From Octopus vulgaris (Eukaryota): 64,000 nucleotides of DNA. Both the position numbers and the translations under genes were made by a program. Of this stretch, positions 43,318 through 55,967 are shown piece after piece (within the stretch, counting starts at the first letter, position 1; each line of letters begins with the position of its first letter). A model generated the notes under the pieces. The model did not search any database. It saw nothing but the letters and a program-made list of their open reading frames with translations, and was not told where the DNA came from. The stretch is from assembly GCA_951406725.2 (NCBI GenBank), contig OX597827.1:64914001-64978000 (forward strand), read 5' to 3'.

Positions 43318-43376
43318 ATTCCAGATCCCGGATTTCTGGATCTGCATAAGAAATGCTCTGCCTTCATCAGTGGAAT
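43318..43376 (-). ncRNA. Type I hammerhead ribozyme motif (inverted copy)
   Basis: Exact reverse complement of 43188-43246. Confidence 0.7.
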
Positions 43377-43397
43377 ATACTCAGGTAACACATAAAT

Positions 43398-43476
<79 letters not shown>

Positions 43477-43642
43477 CATTTAATGTGGCTTTATAGTCAA
43501 GTTTTCTCTGCTATTTCCAGTGTGGCGGTATCTCTTAGATACTCTAAAATATAATTTTAAGAATAATTATTACCTTTGAAGGATTTATTCCCATACTGGC
43601 CACCTTACAAGATTGGTATTTAAATATCGATCTTATCCTTAT

Positions 43643-43769
<127 letters not shown>

Positions 43770-44348
43770 AGTGTAGAAACACACACTCGCACACACACAT
43801 ACACACACACATACATACACACACGGGGCGGGCGTATTGAATTTGACTATACTTTATGTCTCCTTTGTTTTCAGAAACAACTTGATGCATTGGTGAACAG
43901 TCAACTTCATTGGAGAGCGTAGAAATTACAGTTGGAGCTGAGCAAAAGTTAGCTGTCATGAAGTACCTTCACCACGACGATTCAACCTGGGCATCAAAAT
44001 GCCTTCATCACGATTGCTTCTCAGTATTCTGTGAACAATTTAAAGGCTGTAAGACGTGACAAGAATATCACGACTTAGGCCCAGTTCAGATGGTAATTTG
44101 AATCTGCTGGAGACTGTGGCCAATTCGTGGCTACTGAAGGTTGCTGCTGGAAAGCTATATTGGCATTGCAAACGGAGTGGTTGTTCTCTTTTGCATGCGC
44201 GCCCCACACACAGTAAGCAATGTGATTACAATCGAAGGAGTTAAGGGACTAAAAACTGAACCTGGTGAAATCGTAGAAATTCCCCGACAACCACTCTGAA
44301 TCTTTCCGGCGGCATGACAAGGCGCCGAACCTTGCTGCCAAATATATA

Positions 44349-44910
44349 TTGGGTTGTCCGGAAAGTTCGTGCCGATTTATAGTAGCTTACATTTCGACTT
44401 ATTTTAGAACATGGTTGAGTCCATAAAACAGGATTTGACTACACCTCCATTTAGAGCACAGTTTAAGCTATCTTTTCGTGGAAGAAGGTTTATGTTTCTA
44501 TAACCTGTATTAATTCTGTAACCCTTTAAAATGGAAGATAAGAAAGTTCATTTTCGGCACTTGATGCTTTGGGAACCAGACAAAAATTCCTACAGCTCGG
44601 CTAGGATGTGTTACCCCGCTCCATATTCCCCACATATTGCTCCTTCGGATTTCCACTTATTCAGGTCTCTGCATATAGACTTAATGGTAAAATTTCAATT
44701 TCTTGGATGATGTAAAAAGATACCTGATGAATTCTTTGCCATGAAACCACCTCAATTCTGGGAAGAGGGTTATTTTCAAGCTAGAGGAAAGATGGAGACG
44801 CATTGTGCAACAAAATGGTTCATATTCGGTTGATTAAAAATGTAATGGCAAGTATTTATTAACCTTTTTCTTTCCTTTAAAAATTGGCACGAACTTTCCG
44901 GACAACCCAA
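44349..44910 (+). mobile_element. Internally deleted mariner element (same family as 31587-32130)
   Basis: TIRs ttgggttgtccggaaagttcgtgcc / ggcacgaactttccggacaacccaa with TA TSD; MEDKKVHFRHLMLW is fused directly to the C-terminal part. Confidence 0.92.
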
Positions 44911-45104
44911 TACAATGGGTTTGTCTCACAGCGAATGTTTCTAGTTATTTTGGGGTACCCCATTACGTCTCCTTAAGTAGCCGCTAGTCAAAACTGATCG
45001 ATGAAATAAGCATAAAACTAAAAGACAAAAATAGTTACTAGAGGCGACCTGTTCAACTATACCCTTCAACGTGGTGCTCTAGCGTGACCGCAGACTGAAA
45101 GAAA

Positions 45105-46227
45105 TCTATATATATAAAACTCAACTTGTGTGTCTGTGTGTTTATCTGTGTGTGTGTCTGTGTGTTTAACTTCCCGGCATATCTCCTCCTAGCCAACAAA
45201 TCGTAGAACCACCAAAAATGGGTCACTTAAAGTTTACGCGAATGAAAATTGAACTGCGCTATTTCTGTTCCGAAATTCATCTCGCAAGTGCAAAAATCGA
45301 TAATGTGTTTGTTTAGGCCTTATCCCATGCATTGAATAGTGAACTTTACTCAGTCAGCTGTTTGACCTGAACTGTGTCAACCACGCGTGCAAGCATGCGT
45401 AAATTGCATGAAAAATAAAAAATCTAGATATAAAAATGAATCGCCGTAAACATTGTAGAAGTTCGGAAAAGAAATGAATTTTCGGGATGTAGCCTGGAGG
45501 GTTTTTTTCGTATTAATCTTTTGGACTTTGTGAACGCATACCAATTGTTTTCATAACATTTTAACGCTTTGACTTAAATGTGACCATTTTGCGTTGAGTC
45601 TGCAGTTTGAATGACTTTAACCAAATTTTAGCTGGCCGGATTTTTGATCATCACGATACATCGCCAGCGACTCCCTAAAACTCTCTGCTGTAATCCCCGT
45701 TGAGAAATCTCTATATATAAAACTGAACTTGTGTGTCTGTGTGTGTATATGTGTGTGTGTGTCTGTGTGTGTATCTCTGTGTGTGTCTGTGTGTTTAACT
45801 TTTGGATCTACCAAGTTTCACTATTAAGGATGGAAAGTAGTGTGTAGCAAATAAAGCTGAAGTTGTGTGTGGCAGGTTTGGTAGCCTTCAACTAACACTA
45901 TCTCCTTCGAGACCCTGCAGCGCAAGTTGATCAAAATTGAGAGTATGATAGAAGGCTTGCTCTTAATTCTGTAGAAGATAAAATTCAAATCGGACCATGT
46001 TAACACCAAAAATTATTTACATCAAAGAGGTGCTTTTTTTCTATGATAATCCCTATTTTTTTTTTACGATTTTTGACTGCTGTGTCACCATTTTGCGGCG
46101 TATTTCAACTGGAAAAATGTTCACTTGAAGAGAATAACAATTTGCATAATGCAAAATTTTTACTTTTCAAAAATTCCAATTCTAAAGGGTCGAAACAAAC
46201 CCAAGCAACACCGGGTGATACTGCTAG
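45105..46227 (+). mobile_element. Non-autonomous Helitron-like element with two 5' termini
   Basis: 5' a|tctatatatataaaact at 45105 and again at 45708; 3' cccaagcaacaccggg hairpin followed by ctag|t (46224-46227); inserted between A and T. Confidence 0.75.
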
Positions 46228-47167
46228 TAACAGATAAAAGATTGAATATAATACCTCCCTGTGCTGCTACTTTATCAGTCCTGGGGTTTCAAATAGTTTC
46301 ATTTCCACCCAAACATATAAAGGAGTGTTTAAGCGAGGCCCTGTAGCATCCTCAAGTTTAAAATGTTACAAAAAACTATCCAAAGATATTCAGGGAAGAC
46401 GGTACAGAATGGAACGGCGGTTAAACAAAGTCTAAAATAAAAAAAGAATTAATTAATGTGTTTTATATGTTTATTTAAAAGTTTTGTTTCGATTTGTTTT
46501 TTTAGTTTGATAGCGAAGATTTGATTAATCTGTTTCAATTCAGACAAAGTTGACAATCCCTGCAAAGCTAATTAAAATTAGAGAGAAGAGAAAGAGAAAG
46601 AGAAAGAAGTGAGGAGGGAGGGTGTATGAAAGAGAGAGAGAGAGAATATTGAGAAAAGTAACGAAGAAATTAAGAAAAATATAAAGAGATGAAGAGAAAT
46701 AGAAAGGAAAATTTGAAGAGACGTAGAAGGACAAAGTGAGCGAGAGAGAGAGAGGGAGTGAGAGAGAGAGATGGAGTGAGAGAGAGAGGGAGTGAGAGAG
46801 AGAGAGAGAGAGAAAGAGATCGAGTGAGAGAGAGAGAGAAAGAAAAATCGAAAGTGTGCATCGAAATAGAAAGAAATAATGAAGAAAGGTTTCAGAAAGA
46901 GAGAGAGAGAGGGAGAAGAGAGAGAGAAGAGAGAGTTATTTGAACGAAGTTTAATCAAAGAAGGCAAAAATTTAATACTGCTAATTAGTGCTATATACAG
47001 ACATTCTAAGCACACTGAGTTGATGCTAATGTAAGTTGGTGTTGGTGTTGGTGGTGGGTTTTTTTTATGTTATTCTTGTGACGGTTCGAGTTGTACTTGA
47101 CTGACGAGTGGAGGAGGTGTTGATGGTAGCGCTCCTACTCCTAATGGCTGTGCAAAACGTGCGAAGG

Positions 47168-47770
47168 CCTTCTTCTTCTTCTTCTTCTTCTTCTTCTTCT
47201 TCTTCTTCTTCTTCTTCTTCTTCTTCTTCTTCTTCTTCTTCTTCTTCTTCATCATCATCATCATCATCATCAGCTTCTTCTTCTTCTTCTTCTTTTCTTC
47301 TTCCTTTTTCCTCTTCTTTTTCTTCTTGTTCTTGGTGTTGTTGCTGTTGTTGTTGTTGTTCTTCTTCTTCTTCTTCTTGTTCTTGTTCTTGTTCTTCTTC
47401 TTCTTCTTCCTTTCCTCTTCTTTTTCTTGTTGCTTTTGTTGTTGTTGTTGTCCTTCTTCTTCTTCTACTTCTTCTTCTTCTTCTTCTTCTTCGTTTTCTT
47501 CTTCTTTTTCTTCCCCTATTCCTCTCCCTTCTTCTTCTTCTTCTTCTTCTTCTTCTTCTTCTTCTTCTTCTTCTTCTTCTCTAGTTGCTGTTCTTCTTGC
47601 CTTTTCTTTTTTCGTTTCCTTCTTCCCTTCCACTTTTACCTCCATCTCTACTAAACTTTCTTGTACCCCCATCCCCGTACTTCTTCCTCCTATTTCTCGT
47701 GCTCCTCTTTTCCTCGTCATCTTCACCTACTTAATCTTATGATTCTTCATCATCGTAAACTTCTTTTTTT

Positions 47771-47830
<60 letters not shown>

Positions 47831-47831
47831 C

Positions 47832-47890
<59 letters not shown>

Positions 47891-47912
47891 CACCACCACC
47901 ACCACCACCACC

Positions 47913-47955
<43 letters not shown>

Positions 47956-47956
47956 T

Positions 47957-48010
<54 letters not shown>

Positions 48011-48012
48011 CT
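47168..48012. repeat. Compound (TTC)n/(TTG)n/(CTA)n/(CCA)n microsatellite block
   Basis: Directly visible. Confidence 0.92.
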
Positions 48013-48612
48013 CTTCTTCTTTATCTGTATTAAAAGTTTTGTTGTTTGTGTCGCTCTTCTTCCATTGGGCTCAATGTATTCCTGTTCAAATAACCCTAAG
48101 ATCAAGTGCATTCAATTCAGGACCATTATCTTTTATTGCCTTCCTTATTACTACGAGTTGACGGCATCGTTAGATTGCCGGACGAAATGGTTAGTAGCAT
48201 TTCATTCATCTTTGCGTTCCGAGTTCGAATTCCGCCAACGTCTACATTGCCTTTCATCTTTCTCGTGGTTGATGAAATAAATTACCGAAGCATTGGGGGT
48301 AAAAACTAATCGATTACCCTCCTTCCCAGCAACATCGGGTCTTGTGCCTATAGACGAAAAAATTATCTCTATTATCTTTCGGAATAGAGAATATAAGCAC
48401 CACCCGAGAACCGGGGTCAATGCAATTGACTTACCCTACCCATAAAATTCTTGCCAAAATTTCAAATCATCGTTATTAACATAGTGAGCAGGCAGAGTTG
48501 TTTGCTCGTTGGGCAGAATTGCTTAGCAGAATTTTTTTCTGATTCCATACGTTGTACATTATTCACATTATTTACATTTGACGGATATTTGTCCTCATCT
48601 TGTTTGTTGTTA

Positions 48613-48656
48613 ATAAAACGTTTCGGTTGATATACCCCCCAGCCTTCATCAGGTGT
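48613..48656 (-). ncRNA. Minimal hammerhead ribozyme motif (weakened stem I)
   Basis: ACAC CUGAUGA AGGCUGGGGGGUAUAUCAACC GAAA CGUU UUAU. Confidence 0.6.
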
Positions 48657-48896
48657 ACTGGGGAAATTTCGAAACTGGGTTCTCATTCTTAAGGTACTTT
48701 TGGATCTTCTTCTTCTTCTTCTTCTTCTTCTTCTTCTTCTTCTTCTTCTTCTTCTTCTGGTCACTTCCTGGAATCTAACTCGAAATGTTGGGGTTAGTAG
48801 CACGCGCTCTTAATCACTACGCCATATGCCCGTGTCGTAGTGGTTAAGAGCGCGGGCTACTAACTCCAAGATTTCGAGTTCGATTCCAGTCAGTGA

Positions 48897-48980
<84 letters not shown>

Positions 48981-49140
48981 TAATAATAATAATAAAAGGA
49001 AGAAGAAGAAGAAGAAGAAGAAAAGAAGAAGAAGAAGAAGAAGAAGAAGAAGAAGAAGAAGAAGAAGAAGAAGAAGAAGAAGAAGAAGAACATCGAAAAA
49101 TACCTTAGGAATGAGAACACAGGTTCGAAATTTCCCCAGT

Positions 49141-49184
49141 ACACCTGATGAAGGCTGGAGGGTATATCAACCGAAACGTTGTAT
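49141..49184 (+). ncRNA. Minimal hammerhead ribozyme motif
   Basis: ACAC CUGAUGA A GGCUGG AGGGUAUA UCAACC GAAA CGUU GUAU; canonical core with one mismatch each in stems I and II. Confidence 0.7.
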
Positions 49185-49588
49185 TAACAACAAACAAGAT
49201 GAGGACAAATATCCGTCAAATGTAAATAATGTAAATAGTGTACATAATTCATCTCTTAAATATAGAACTGTCTATACGTTGTGTTGAAATTCATCCTTTC
49301 GGGGTTGATGTAATCGACTTCGCTCCATCCCTAAAATGGCGGGCTCTCCGTCAAAATTTGGAACATTTGTTGTAACGTATTTTTGAGGCTTTGTGCTTCC
49401 AGTAGAAAGCATTAAGATATATTAAATCAAATTGAAATTGAGATCGTAACTAATGTAATAGAAACGAAACCAAAAGAAGTGATGTATATTTAACGTTTCG
49501 CTCATGCATTCGTGTTTCTTTTCTGGCACAGCATCATGAACAAAAGACCGCTAACCAAGATGTAACAAGTTAACATGTAAACTCAAAT

Positions 49589-49976
49589 GGATGGAAGCAC
49601 TCCGTCGGTTACGACGACGAGGGTTCCGGTTGATCCGAATCAACGGAACAGCCTGCTCGTGAAATTAACGTGTAAGTGGCTGAGCACTCCACAGACACGT
49701 GTACCCTTAACGTAGTTCTCTGGAATATTCAGCGTGACACAGAGAGTGACAAGGCCGGTCCTTTGAAATACAGGTACAACAGAAACAGGAAGTAAGAGTG
49801 AGAGAAAGTTGTGGTGAAAGAGTAGAGCAGGGATCACCACCATCCCCTGCCGGAGCCTCGTGGAGCTTTAGGTGTTTTCGCTCAATAAACACTCACAACA
49901 CCCGGTCTGGGAATCGAAAGCGCGATCCTATGACCGCGAGTCCGCTGCCCTAACCACTGGGCCATTGCGCCTCCAC
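49589..49976 (-). mobile_element. tRNA-derived SINE family C, full length with 12 bp TSD
   Basis: Head gtggaggcgcaatggcccagtggttagggc...ttcgattccc; gtaaactcaaat at 49577-49588 and 49977-49988. Confidence 0.9.
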
Positions 49977-50900
49977 GTAAACTCAAATAGACAATGCATC
50001 AAAACTGTCCAGTTTGTCATCGTGTGCTTATGATTTCGGGACGACATCAATAAGAAACAATTCAATCTAAGAAAAACGTAAGATCCGAACTTCAATAGCC
50101 GGGGAGACATCAAGAAATTTTAAACGTTCACATTTTCCTTTCGTTTCTGCTACAATATCACCAGTACTTCTACTAAAACTAAATGCGAACTCAATTACAC
50201 TGAATATGCATCAATCAATTATAGTAATTTAGCTTTAATTAACGTGATATGGTGTAATTAAATCTCAAATGTTCTCCCTCAAAGTAAGGCTATTTCTGGA
50301 GAAGAAATAACGGTTAATCATATTTAGGTTTTTATTTGTAATGAATCGCAAATTAGTGGTATGATTGCAGAAATTAATAATTTTGTGCAATAAGATGTCA
50401 GCAGATATTTTACTACTGAAGGTATTTTTAAAGGTTACGTAAATTAGAGGTTAAAATAACTTCCGACAAATTTTCCATTTGGATTTCGAATTCTCTATTA
50501 CGTTTCCTCTACGCGTTTATTTTTGCAAATTTACGATGATAACGCTGGGGGAAATGCACTTTAACGTCACTGAAATTTCTTCAGAGTACGCTGATAACAT
50601 TCTAGCTAAGGTTTGAGTGTAACAGATTGACATTTTCCCAGTGTTTCCCGAGAGCTTCACGCTACTCTATATTTATGATTATATCACTAGGGAGATGTTT
50701 GGAGTGTTTCAACGACATATTTTGCCTCTCAGCTTAAATATGAAGCCTCTTCACTCGGTAAAAATACATATTTCAAGGATAAAACAACGGCGTTATGCAA
50801 TGACATTTTCTACAGTACAATCTCATATATATATATATATATATATGTATATTTATATATATATTTTTATATATTTTATCTATGTATATATTTTACCGCC

Positions 50901-50954
<54 letters not shown>

Positions 50955-51555
50955 TTCTATATAAAACAAGAAGAAAGTACATGCGTATTACAACAGCACC
51001 CTTTACTATTCAGTCGGAATTTTAGTTCTCTTATTTAGATAAAGATATAAATTTCAGAGCAATTGTTATGACTGTAACTACTACATATCGCGATTCAAAG
51101 CTTCACAACTTTTCAGCCTCAACCTAGTCTTTTTATTTAGCTGAAAAGACGCAAATCGTATCAGTGTGATTGTGGCTTTGGCATAAGGGAATTTCCTGCT
51201 TCGCTAATTTTGGTTTAGCTAATCTAACAAATATATGTTCGGCCACAGCTCACCTCTGTACCTCTGAGCTTGCAGTTCTCGCATTTCTCTCTCTAAGCTA
51301 TCCACGTCTCATTCATCACCTTTCCTTTTGTTATCTTTGTTGCATCTAATCCGATGTCTACCGGTTCCTGAGTGACCACTATGCACAGTTTTTTTTCCAC
51401 CCAAATCATCAGCCGTCTGGAAATTTATTCACCGGTTTTAACGGAACATTAGCAGCATTATTATCACCGTTATAGGAAGGTTTGCTAAGACCAAGGTTAC
51501 TTCCATTTCTTCCACACTCAGCAAGTAAAACAGAAATGAATTCTTGACAAATTTT

Positions 51556-51616
<61 letters not shown>

Positions 51617-51849
51617 CTCTACTTTTTAAATTTCCCATTAAAACAACACATTTCATAAATATTTATAAGCTTAAGAATCCTAAAAGAGGATTAAATGCCA
51701 TAAGTCTTCTGCATTTCAAACTATAACAAACCACAATTTCTGCCTCTAGTTCAGAATCAACTGAGGAATATGTTTTCTCAAGCTTCAACCATAGATGGTG
51801 ATTATTTCAAAGCGACAAATTTGTAGACACGTTACACTTACCTCTACTA

Positions 51850-52060
51850 CTTATTTCATCACTTCATTCAATTTGGAGCAAAGGCCATCGATAACGTTCC
51901 TCCATTCTCTTCGTCTCTGAGCTGTCTTTTTAGCATAGATCCAGCTGGTTCTCTTTTTTTTCTTTACAATTCTACCTCAGTATCCCGCCTTTAGTTATTT
52001 TTAGTGCAACCCTTCTCCCACCTCCCTTGTAGGTTCATATATTTGCCTATATTTGGGAAA
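51850..52060 (-). mobile_element. Decayed RTE-type LINE C-terminus
   Basis: Minus strand reads ...KKTAQRRREWRNVIDGLCSK, matching the RTE ending A.DR..WR..V..LC. Confidence 0.5.
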
Positions 52061-53874
52061 TAGATGCTTCTGTATCTATGCCTCTTTTTATCTCCAGGAA
52101 GTTGTGATTCATATTAGTCTACTGAAGTCCTACCAAATTTTTGCGCTCCTCTGGCAGCGGTCTCAGTGTAATAAAGGTGCACAAGCTACTAGGTTGCAAC
52201 AAAGACTGAACGATAGGGAGAAAAATCGTTACAATGTTGGATAAAATCCCTTATGAAACTCAGTCCTGGTTTTATAAATTTAAGCCTTAAGTATGTCAAT
52301 AAATAAAGTGCATGTCAAGTATAAAGGCCCGATTCTTTTCGGACACTCTCTTTCTTCCTGGATTGTACTATTGGTACAAAACATCGACCTTTATACATTG
52401 TCTTGCATTGATTTGATCTTAGAAATGTGTTGGGATATGCAACTGATTACACGTTAGTTTCATGAGTTGGAATTCAGTTGGTTGAACCATCAAAAGCTTA
52501 TTTAAATCCACCACGCCATACTTTTGAAACAAGTCAAAGTTAGTCACGGTGAAATTTGTATGCAGAGTGGTTATTCTAACCGCTACACTTTTTTCCCTAA
52601 TTGCTGCACCCCACGTTACACACTGAAACGTTGCAGGGAAAAATGAGTGACTGACGGTTACCGGGTTAATATTACAGTTTCTAAAGACTATTCCGAATTA
52701 TCTTTATAGTTTGAAACTATTCCAAAATTATAATCGAACATAGTGATACGAATATAACATTCAACAATAAATCTTCCCCCCTCTCTAGTAATCAAATACA
52801 ACCAAGTTCACCAAAAACTTTCAGTCAAATACCAAAATTTCCATAAATTTTATTGTAAGTATCTCTGACATTAAACATCAGTCTGTGTAATAATATTTAG
52901 GTACATGCTGTTAGGATCAAAATCAACAGGACGCAAAGAGCATTTCTTTCAATGTAAACGTTTCTACAATACACTGTAAAAGATATTTGATCGGAAAACA
53001 TCTGTTTGTGTATTAAATTCTAAGAGAATGGTATTATTTACTATTAAATAGTAGTAAATCTTTTTGACGCTACGATATTTGCAAGATTTCAAATTTTTGG
53101 ATCGATATTTTCCTATGCTCGGTTTATAAAAGAATCACATGATCCTTACTGCACAGGAACGTTTTTTTTTCCATTGTCTGTTTGTATTAGTCAGCTTTCA
53201 TCTCGCAATATTCAGTTTTACTTAACCTTTTCTTTGACCTTTTCATCGTGGAAATACCGAGGCAATCAATTCTAACATTCTTCGTATAGAGAAGACGGAA
53301 AGACAAAAGAGAAAACTCGTTTCAAAATGACAGCTTCGTTGAAAGGGTTAATGCATGCGTTTTCCTACTTTACAAACCCACCGTATTAATCTGTCCGTAT
53401 TCCTCTTCGAAGAGAAGAGCTGCATTGAAATCCCATAGTAATAATATTCGGTCTACGCATGGTACAATAAACGCCTCTGGCAATAACACAAAATCTGTTA
53501 TACAAAAACAATATGCAAGCATTTCTATAATATCAAAATATTTTCAAAACTGTCGTATATTATTTTCCAAGTAATTAGCCAATACTTCGCGAGCATCTTT
53601 GTGTAAGTGCTAATGCCCCGGTGAGACGAATCCAATAAAAAAACCAATAGATTTTGAAATTTCAAACAGTTTCCTTTCTTCATTCAACTACCATGAAAAA
53701 TGCAATGGTTATTTCAATGAGGTTTTGTTGAAACGTTTTTTCTATTTTAGATAATTTAGAAAAATTATCATTACACTAAGATGTCATAAACCATTTAACG
53801 TGGATTTAAATATTTTGCGGTAATTTGACTAGTTCTCAAATTGAAGTGTCAACAATTTTCAATTTTATTTATTC

Positions 53875-54844
53875 TAATTTCTTTATTGCCCACAAGGGGC
53901 TAAACATAGTGGGGACAAACAAAGACAGACAAACGGATTAAGTCGATTACATCGACCTCAGTGCATAACTGGTACTTAATTTATCGACCCCGAAAGGATG
54001 AAAGGCAAAGTCGACCTCGGCTGAATTTGAGCTCAGAACGTAACAGCAGACGAAATACCTATTTCTTTACTACCGCCAAGGGGCTAAGCACAGAGAGGAC
54101 AAACAAGGACAGACAAACGGATTAAGTCGATTACATCGACCTCAGTGCATAATTGGTACTTAATTTATCGACCCCGAAAGGATGAAAGGCAAAGTCGACC
54201 TCGGCGGAATTTGAACTCAGAACGTAGCGGCAGATGAAATACCTATTTCTTTACTACCCACAAGGAGCTAAACACAGAGAGGACAAACACGGGCAGACAA
54301 ACGGATTAAGTCGATTATATCGACCACAGTGCGCAACGGGTACTTACTTAATCGACCCCGAAAGGATGAAAGGCAAAGTCGACCTCGGCGGAATTTGAAC
54401 TCAGAACGTAGCGGCAGATGAAATGCCTATTTCTCTACTACCCACAAGGGGCTAAAAACAGAGAGGACAAACACGGGCAGACAAACGGATTAAGTCGATT
54501 ATATCGACCACAGTGCGCAACTGGTACTTACTTAATCGACCCCGAAAGGATGAAAGGCAAAGTCGACCTCGGCGGAATTTGAAGTCAGAACGTAGCGGCA
54601 GACGAAATACCTATTTATTTACTGCCCACAAGGGGCTAAACACAGAGGGGACAAAGAAAGACAGACAAACGGATTAAGTCGATTATATCGACCCCAGTGC
54701 GTAACTGGTACTTATTTAACCGACCCCGAAGGGATGAAAGGCAAAGTCGATCTCGGCGGAATTTGAACTCAGAACATAACGGCAGTCGAAATACCGCTAC
54801 GCATTTCGCCCGGTGTGAAACGTTTCTGCCAGCTCGCCGCCTTA
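53875..54844 (-). mobile_element. SINE family B concatemer: one head plus five ~184 bp body units
   Basis: Units start near 53878, 54062, 54246, 54430 and 54613. TSD tttcaatt(t/a)atttattc-type 18-mer at 53857-53874 and 54845-54862 (one mismatch). Confidence 0.88.
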
Positions 54845-55240
54845 TTTCAATTTAATTTATTCCACATCGAATGAAAAATGCATGACGTCATTGGTTCTCT
54901 AGTACTTACGAGACGATTAGCATGAATTTATTCGGTTAACTGAATTCCACTGAGGTCAATTTTGACTTTTTATCCTTTGAGGATCGATTAAATAGGTTCC
55001 AGTTGAGCCGTGGGTCGATATAATCGATTTTTTTTTTCTCTCACATAACTTTGTAAATAAGCAATCTGGTGTGTTTATTTTAATGGCCTACCAATTTATA
55101 CAGTGAGTCTATTCGCCCCAGGTGTTGGAAAGATACTCACCAAGAAATGGAAACAAAATTCTAAGAAGATAGTACTAATGATAATAAATAATATTATAAT
55201 AATAATAATAATAATGATAATAATAATAATAATAATAATG

Positions 55241-55271
<31 letters not shown>

Positions 55272-55291
55272 TGATGATGATGATGATGATG

Positions 55292-55341
<50 letters not shown>

Positions 55342-55345
<4 letters not shown>

Positions 55346-55898
55346 GCCCTGATGCAGTACCAGGCAGTGGCTCTCATGGCTTCTGATCTTAACTGATTGG
55401 AAGTGTTATCATGTACATTGTTTTGTCTTGGTATAAAAGATGGGCTACAGCAAATATTCTGCTCAATACCACAGATTTGCTTGTCAGTTGTTTGACCTTA
55501 ACCAGTTGAGCATGTCCCTTAGTGGCTGACGATATGTGCATCTCTGATCACGAGCAGAAGTAGTGGGGGAGCATCATAGCCATGTGTTGAGAGGATTCTT
55601 TGGGATTTGAATAGTTCACCTCTGGAAACATGGGTGGTTCTTTCAACATCCTTAAACAACCCTTATTCAGGGACCGTTTGAGCGGGATGGGCTACTCAAC
55701 CTGAAGAAAATTCTAACTGGGCCCCACCTGCAAGGTCATGTGCTGTTTATCTTGATATGAGATCACCATGTCGCGCACATATGGTTGTGATGCATGTGCC
55801 TGGTGTACCTTTATCAGACGGGTAGTCATGATGGGTATATTGGGCTTCGTATATTTTACCCCAGTGTCACTTTGATGGCATGAACTGCTCTCTCACTC

Positions 55899-55967
<69 letters not shown>

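Larger units (their letters stand above)
43161..43403. repeat. Perfect palindrome (centre ~43282) with one HHR motif per arm
   Basis: Arms are exact reverse complements around a 9 nt loop (43278-43286); symmetry extends into the flanking (TA)n and (CA)n/(TG)n. Confidence 0.92.
48556..49273. mobile_element. Head-to-head inverted dimer of a tRNA-headed element ending in a hammerhead-bearing tail
   Basis: 48556-48825 is the reverse complement of ~48834-49245 (the microsatellite linkers differ). atacgttgt is duplicated at 48547-48555 and 49274-49282, and the flanks form one split family B SINE. Confidence 0.8.

Noticed and set aside
48758-48900. tRNA genes
   Set aside because: A/B-box-like motifs are present but I could not fold a full cloverleaf, and the sequences continue into repeat bodies; treated as SINE heads, as for families A-E.
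53875-54844. Regularly spaced repeats suggestive of a CRISPR array
   Set aside because: The entire 184 bp unit repeats with no unique spacers, there are no cas genes, and the sequence is a eukaryotic SINE.
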